From positions 1,020,001 to 1,052,000 of the forward strand of contig NC_006512.1 in NCBI RefSeq assembly GCF_000008465.1: 32,000 bases of DNA, given 5' to 3'. The notes beneath the pieces are model-generated. The model was not told the origin of the DNA. It saw only the letters and a program-made list of their open reading frames with translations, and ran no database searches. The DNA is from Idiomarina loihiensis L2TR. Lineage in GTDB: Bacteria; Pseudomonadota; Gammaproteobacteria; Enterobacterales; Alteromonadaceae. Positions 28,737 to 32,000 of the stretch are shown in pieces. The position numbers were made by a program, and so were the translations under genes. Within the stretch, counting starts at the first letter, position 1. Each line of letters starts with the position of its first letter.

Positions 28737-31460
28737 ATGGCGAACTCTTCACCTAACGATGAGGTCGTCCGTGTTGTCCGAAGTTCTGGAGACAAACGAG
28801 ACTATCAGCACCTGACATTAGAGAACCAGCTTAAGGTGTTGTTGGTTCACTGCCCTGATAGCCAGAAAGCCGCGGCGTCTGTCGCGGTAAATGCCGGCCA
28901 CTTCGATGACCCTGAACATACTCAGGGGTTGGCTCATTTTTTGGAACACATGTTATTTTTAGGAAGCCAGGCGTTTCCTGAACCCTCCGCTTTTGGACAC
29001 TTCTTAAATTTGCAGGGTGGCCAGCACAACGCCTGGACCGGCACTGAATTTACTAACTATCACTTTGACTGCAATGCTAATGCACTGCCACAGGCGCTGG
29101 AATTTTTTTCCGCTATGCTGAAAAAACCATTGCTGTCGGAGAGTTGGATAGACAAAGAAATAAGTTCTATAGAGTCGGAGTTTCGCCTGAAACAGAATGA
29201 TGAACTCCGACGCTTGTATCAGGTTCACAAGGTTACGGCTAACCCAAAACACCCTTTCAGTCAGTTTTCTGTGGGCAATCTTAATACTCTCAGACACGAT
29301 GAGCACGGTACCTTAAAAAGCAAATTGCAGCTTTTTTTTAATGAGCATTACGTAGCGCAAAGAATGCGGCTGGTCATTGCAGGGCCTCAATCTATTGCTA
29401 AACTTAAGCAATTAGCACACCGCTACTTCGCTGACATTAAGCAGCAACTTACTAAAAAAACTTCTATTAATGCTCCTCTTTATCGCAAGGAACAAAAAGG
29501 AGTATGGATAAAAGTTAAGCCCATCAAAGCAGCTTACCGTCTTATTTTGACACTACCGTTACCGAGTATCGACGCAGACTACCCGCATAAAACCACCAGC
29601 TTTATTGCGCATTTATTAGGCTACGAGGGTCCGGGAAGTTTATTTAGTTCGTTGCGTTCGAAGGGTTGGGTCAACTCACTTTCAGCGGGCGGTGGCATTA
29701 GTGGTAGTAACTTCAAAGATTTTAATATTAATATCCAGCTTACTGAGTCTGGACGCCACAGAGTTGAACAGGTTGTTCAGTGGGTTTTTGCCTATATACG
29801 AAAAATAGAAGCTGACGGGATCGAAGACTGGCGCTACAAAGAGCGCCGTATTACCACAGAAATGAGTTTTCTTTATCAAGAGCCGACTCCGGTCGGAGAA
29901 TTGGCTAACCAGCTCGCCGTAAACGCTTTTCACTATAAACCGGAAGACACTCTCTACGGTGATTATCGTATGGATGGGTTAAATCATTCCTATGCAGCCA
30001 AAACCCTGCAGCAGATGACCGCTGAAAATGCGCGTATTACTCTAATTGCTCCTGATGTCCGTACGACTGACGTCGCGCCGATTTATCATACGGAATATAG
30101 TTTGAACCCTATTAGCAAAAAACAGTTTCAGCTATTTTTATCAACACCGGATGACTTCAACTGTCAGTTACCCAAGCCGAACCGTTTTCTCAATTCCCGA
30201 TTTAAACCTTTACCTCTGGAGTCTGGTGGTTCTTTGCCAACACGATTAGAAGACAGCGCGCAGTTACAACTATGGCACTTGCAGGATCGTGATTTCCGGG
30301 TGCCCAAAGGGCATATCTACTTGTCCTTGAGGTTACCCGCGGTAACCAATTCAGCTTTTCACTTCGCTATCGCCAGATTATGGTCTGAGCTTATGATAGA
30401 TGCGTTAAATGACGACTTGTATGACGCCGAAGTCGCTGGATTGCACTTTAATATTTACCCGACTCAAAATGGCATAACAATACATACAACCGGGCTTTCT
30501 GCCGGTCAAATTCCGTTAATGCAACACCTTATCCGGCGGGCTGTAAAAACTCGTTTTGCAAGACGCCGCTGGCAGGATCTAAAGCAAAGTCTGCTAAGTA
30601 ACTGGCACTCCGCTCATCAGAGTCAACCACTGAACAAGCTTTTTGCTGAACTGAATCAGCAGTTGCAATCCGGTTTATTTCGGCTTAGCGATTTAGCCTG
30701 TGAACTGGAGAAGGTCTCTTTCCGTCAGTTTACAATAGAAGTCGCTAAGCTTTTCTCCCCAGTGCATGTTACTGCGCTAGCTCATGGCGACTGGCAAAAA
30801 GACGATGCTCTGGAGCTGGGACAGCTTATTAAAAATAACCTCCCTGACCAACGAAGCGCTCCCAACAGAAGACTTCCGGTTAAACGTGTCCGCGACTTCT
30901 GTTCGCAGCAATTAATTGTTCCTGCTGAACACTCAGATACCGCTATTTTGCTTTATTTTCAGGGCGAAGATGATACTTCAACCGAGCAAATCAGCTTTAT
31001 GCTCTTGCAACAGTTAATTCATCAACCGATATTTCAGGCTTTACGAACCGAACAACAACTGGGTTATGCTGCCGGAAGCCAGTACTTTCCGGTACAACGT
31101 CTACCCGGAATCTTATTCTTCTTACAGTCCCACGAGTTTGATGCCGATAAACTTTATCAAGCAATACATGACGTGATTAACGTGCAACTTGCTGAGCTTG
31201 AGGATCTGACACTGAAAGAATGGCACCACGCTAAGTCAGTACTTAACCAGCAAATTAAGACAATTGATCGCAACTTAAGGGTTCGAAGCCAGAGACTTTG
31301 GGGCGCTATTCAACTCGCCGATACAGGGTTCAACCGCCAGCAAGAACTCCTCAGTGCGCTGGAACATTGTCAACTCAGTGACTGGCTAGAACGAATAAAA
31401 CTGCGTTTAGGTGATAAATCGCAAGCGCTAAGGCTTCAAACCCAAACTCTGACCGAGTAG
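28737..31460 (+). CDS. M16 (insulinase/pitrilysin-like) zinc peptidase, 907 aa
   Basis: Inverted zinc motif HFLEH (in GLAHFLEHMLFLGS) with a downstream EISSIESEF glutamate region. The four-domain length is typical of pitrilysin-type enzymes. AAGGAGA SD. No hydrophobic signal peptide at the N-terminus. Confidence 0.9.
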   Translation: MANSSPNDEVVRVVRSSGDKRDYQHLTLENQLKVLLVHCPDSQKAAASVAVNAGHFDDPEHTQGLAHFLEHMLFLGSQAFPEPSAFGHFLNLQGGQHNAWTGTEFTNYHFDCNANALPQALEFFSAMLKKPLLSESWIDKEISSIESEFRLKQNDELRRLYQVHKVTANPKHPFSQFSVGNLNTLRHDEHGTLKSKLQLFFNEHYVAQRMRLVIAGPQSIAKLKQLAHRYFADIKQQLTKKTSINAPLYRKEQKGVWIKVKPIKAAYRLILTLPLPSIDADYPHKTTSFIAHLLGYEGPGSLFSSLRSKGWVNSLSAGGGISGSNFKDFNINIQLTESGRHRVEQVVQWVFAYIRKIEADGIEDWRYKERRITTEMSFLYQEPTPVGELANQLAVNAFHYKPEDTLYGDYRMDGLNHSYAAKTLQQMTAENARITLIAPDVRTTDVAPIYHTEYSLNPISKKQFQLFLSTPDDFNCQLPKPNRFLNSRFKPLPLESGGSLPTRLEDSAQLQLWHLQDRDFRVPKGHIYLSLRLPAVTNSAFHFAIARLWSELMIDALNDDLYDAEVAGLHFNIYPTQNGITIHTTGLSAGQIPLMQHLIRRAVKTRFARRRWQDLKQSLLSNWHSAHQSQPLNKLFAELNQQLQSGLFRLSDLACELEKVSFRQFTIEVAKLFSPVHVTALAHGDWQKDDALELGQLIKNNLPDQRSAPNRRLPVKRVRDFCSQQLIVPAEHSDTAILLYFQGEDDTSTEQISFMLLQQLIHQPIFQALRTEQQLGYAAGSQYFPVQRLPGILFFLQSHEFDADKLYQAIHDVINVQLAELEDLTLKEWHHAKSVLNQQIKTIDRNLRVRSQRLWGAIQLADTGFNRQQELLSALEHCQLSDWLERIKLRLGDKSQALRLQTQTLTE

Positions 31461-31468
31461 AATAGTCT

Positions 31469-31497
31469 TTGACAGTAAGTACCTCTCTCGTTATCTT
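31469..31497 (+). promoter_or_regulatory. Putative sigma70 promoter for the downstream sensor gene
   Basis: TTGACA (31469-31474), a 17-nt spacer, then TATCTT (31492-31497). Confidence 0.4.
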
Positions 31498-31550
31498 AAC
31501 GATATATTAACAATAAAGAGCTGCTAAAGTAGCCATTCAATAGGTTTGTC

Positions 31551-32000
31551 GTGAATTTTACATTGCCTATCAGAACATTATGCTCTGCTCTTTTTCTATG
31601 TATTTTGTTATCCGGAAGCTTTAGCTTTCATGTTTACGCACAGCAGTCCCCCACAGACAATTCAGTACATCAATGGACCTTTAATGATGGCTTACCCAGC
31701 AACCATGTAAATGCTATAGCCCAGGGGCCTGAAGGTTTCTTGTGGATAGCGACAGTCAGCGGCTTAACTCGGTTCGATGGCAACGAGTTCAAAAACGGTT
31801 TAGCCTTATCTGAGGCGAAGAAGCATTTGCTTCCAGATGATATCGAACATCTGTTTTTTGATACATCGGGTGCACTATGGCTCGGAACTCACAGCGGTCT
31901 GGCAAAACTTCAGTTTTCATCAGAACATGAGCTTCATACGTTCGATTTAGCGGGTCATCAGTCTGGTGAACAGATTCGTATAAAGCACATATCAGAAGAT
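31551..32000 (+). CDS. N-terminal part of a periplasmic beta-propeller (Reg_prop repeat) sensor protein; runs off the window
   Basis: The frame is open for 150 codons from GTG 31551. It has a signal-like N-terminus (LCSALFLCILLSGSFSFHVYA/QQ), then WTFNDGLPSNHVNAIAQGPEGFLWIATVSGLTRFDGNEF and GALWLGTHSGLAKL, typical of two-component-regulator propeller repeats. The start codon is uncertain because there is no clear SD. Confidence 0.7.
   Translation, partial: MNFTLPIRTLCSALFLCILLSGSFSFHVYAQQSPTDNSVHQWTFNDGLPSNHVNAIAQGPEGFLWIATVSGLTRFDGNEFKNGLALSEAKKHLLPDDIEHLFFDTSGALWLGTHSGLAKLQFSSEHELHTFDLAGHQSGEQIRIKHISED

Overview
This window is almost entirely conserved gammaproteobacterial housekeeping genes. 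By eye it is about 45-47% GC, and the gene order looks Alteromonadales/Pseudomonas-like. The minus strand (1-25503) carries truB(partial)-rbfA-infB-nusA-rimP, then metY (tRNA-fMet), leuU (tRNA-Leu GAG)-secG-tpiA, glmM-folP, ftsH-rlmE, an orphan HTH ORF, greA-carB-carA-dapB, a DAACS transporter, an M48 lipoprotein protease, and dnaJ-dnaK and grpE. The plus strand carries yhbY (12454-12750), then nadK-recN-bamE, a 907-aa M16 insulinase-like peptidase, and the 5' end of a Reg_prop-type periplasmic sensor (25646-32000). I found no CRISPR array, IS element, integrase, prophage block or recognisable defence island, and no pseudogenes; all large ORFs are intact. Non-coding signals readable from the sequence are two near-consensus sigma32 promoters (dnaK, grpE), a perfect LexA box before recN, a strong sigma70 promoter before metY, tandem intrinsic terminators in the metY-rimP leader, a terminator-like attenuator between a putative promoter and the carA Shine-Dalgarno (SD) sequence, and several stop/start overlaps and TTG starts. 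The only piece without an obvious housekeeping identity is a ~184-aa ORF with a CI-repressor-like helix-turn-helix. It sits between yhbY and greA and overlaps the yhbY 3' end convergently. It is the best candidate for something undescribed, but it is one small gene, not a demonstrable multi-gene system. The ORF track over-extends three genes (secG, carA, HTH ORF), and I corrected these.
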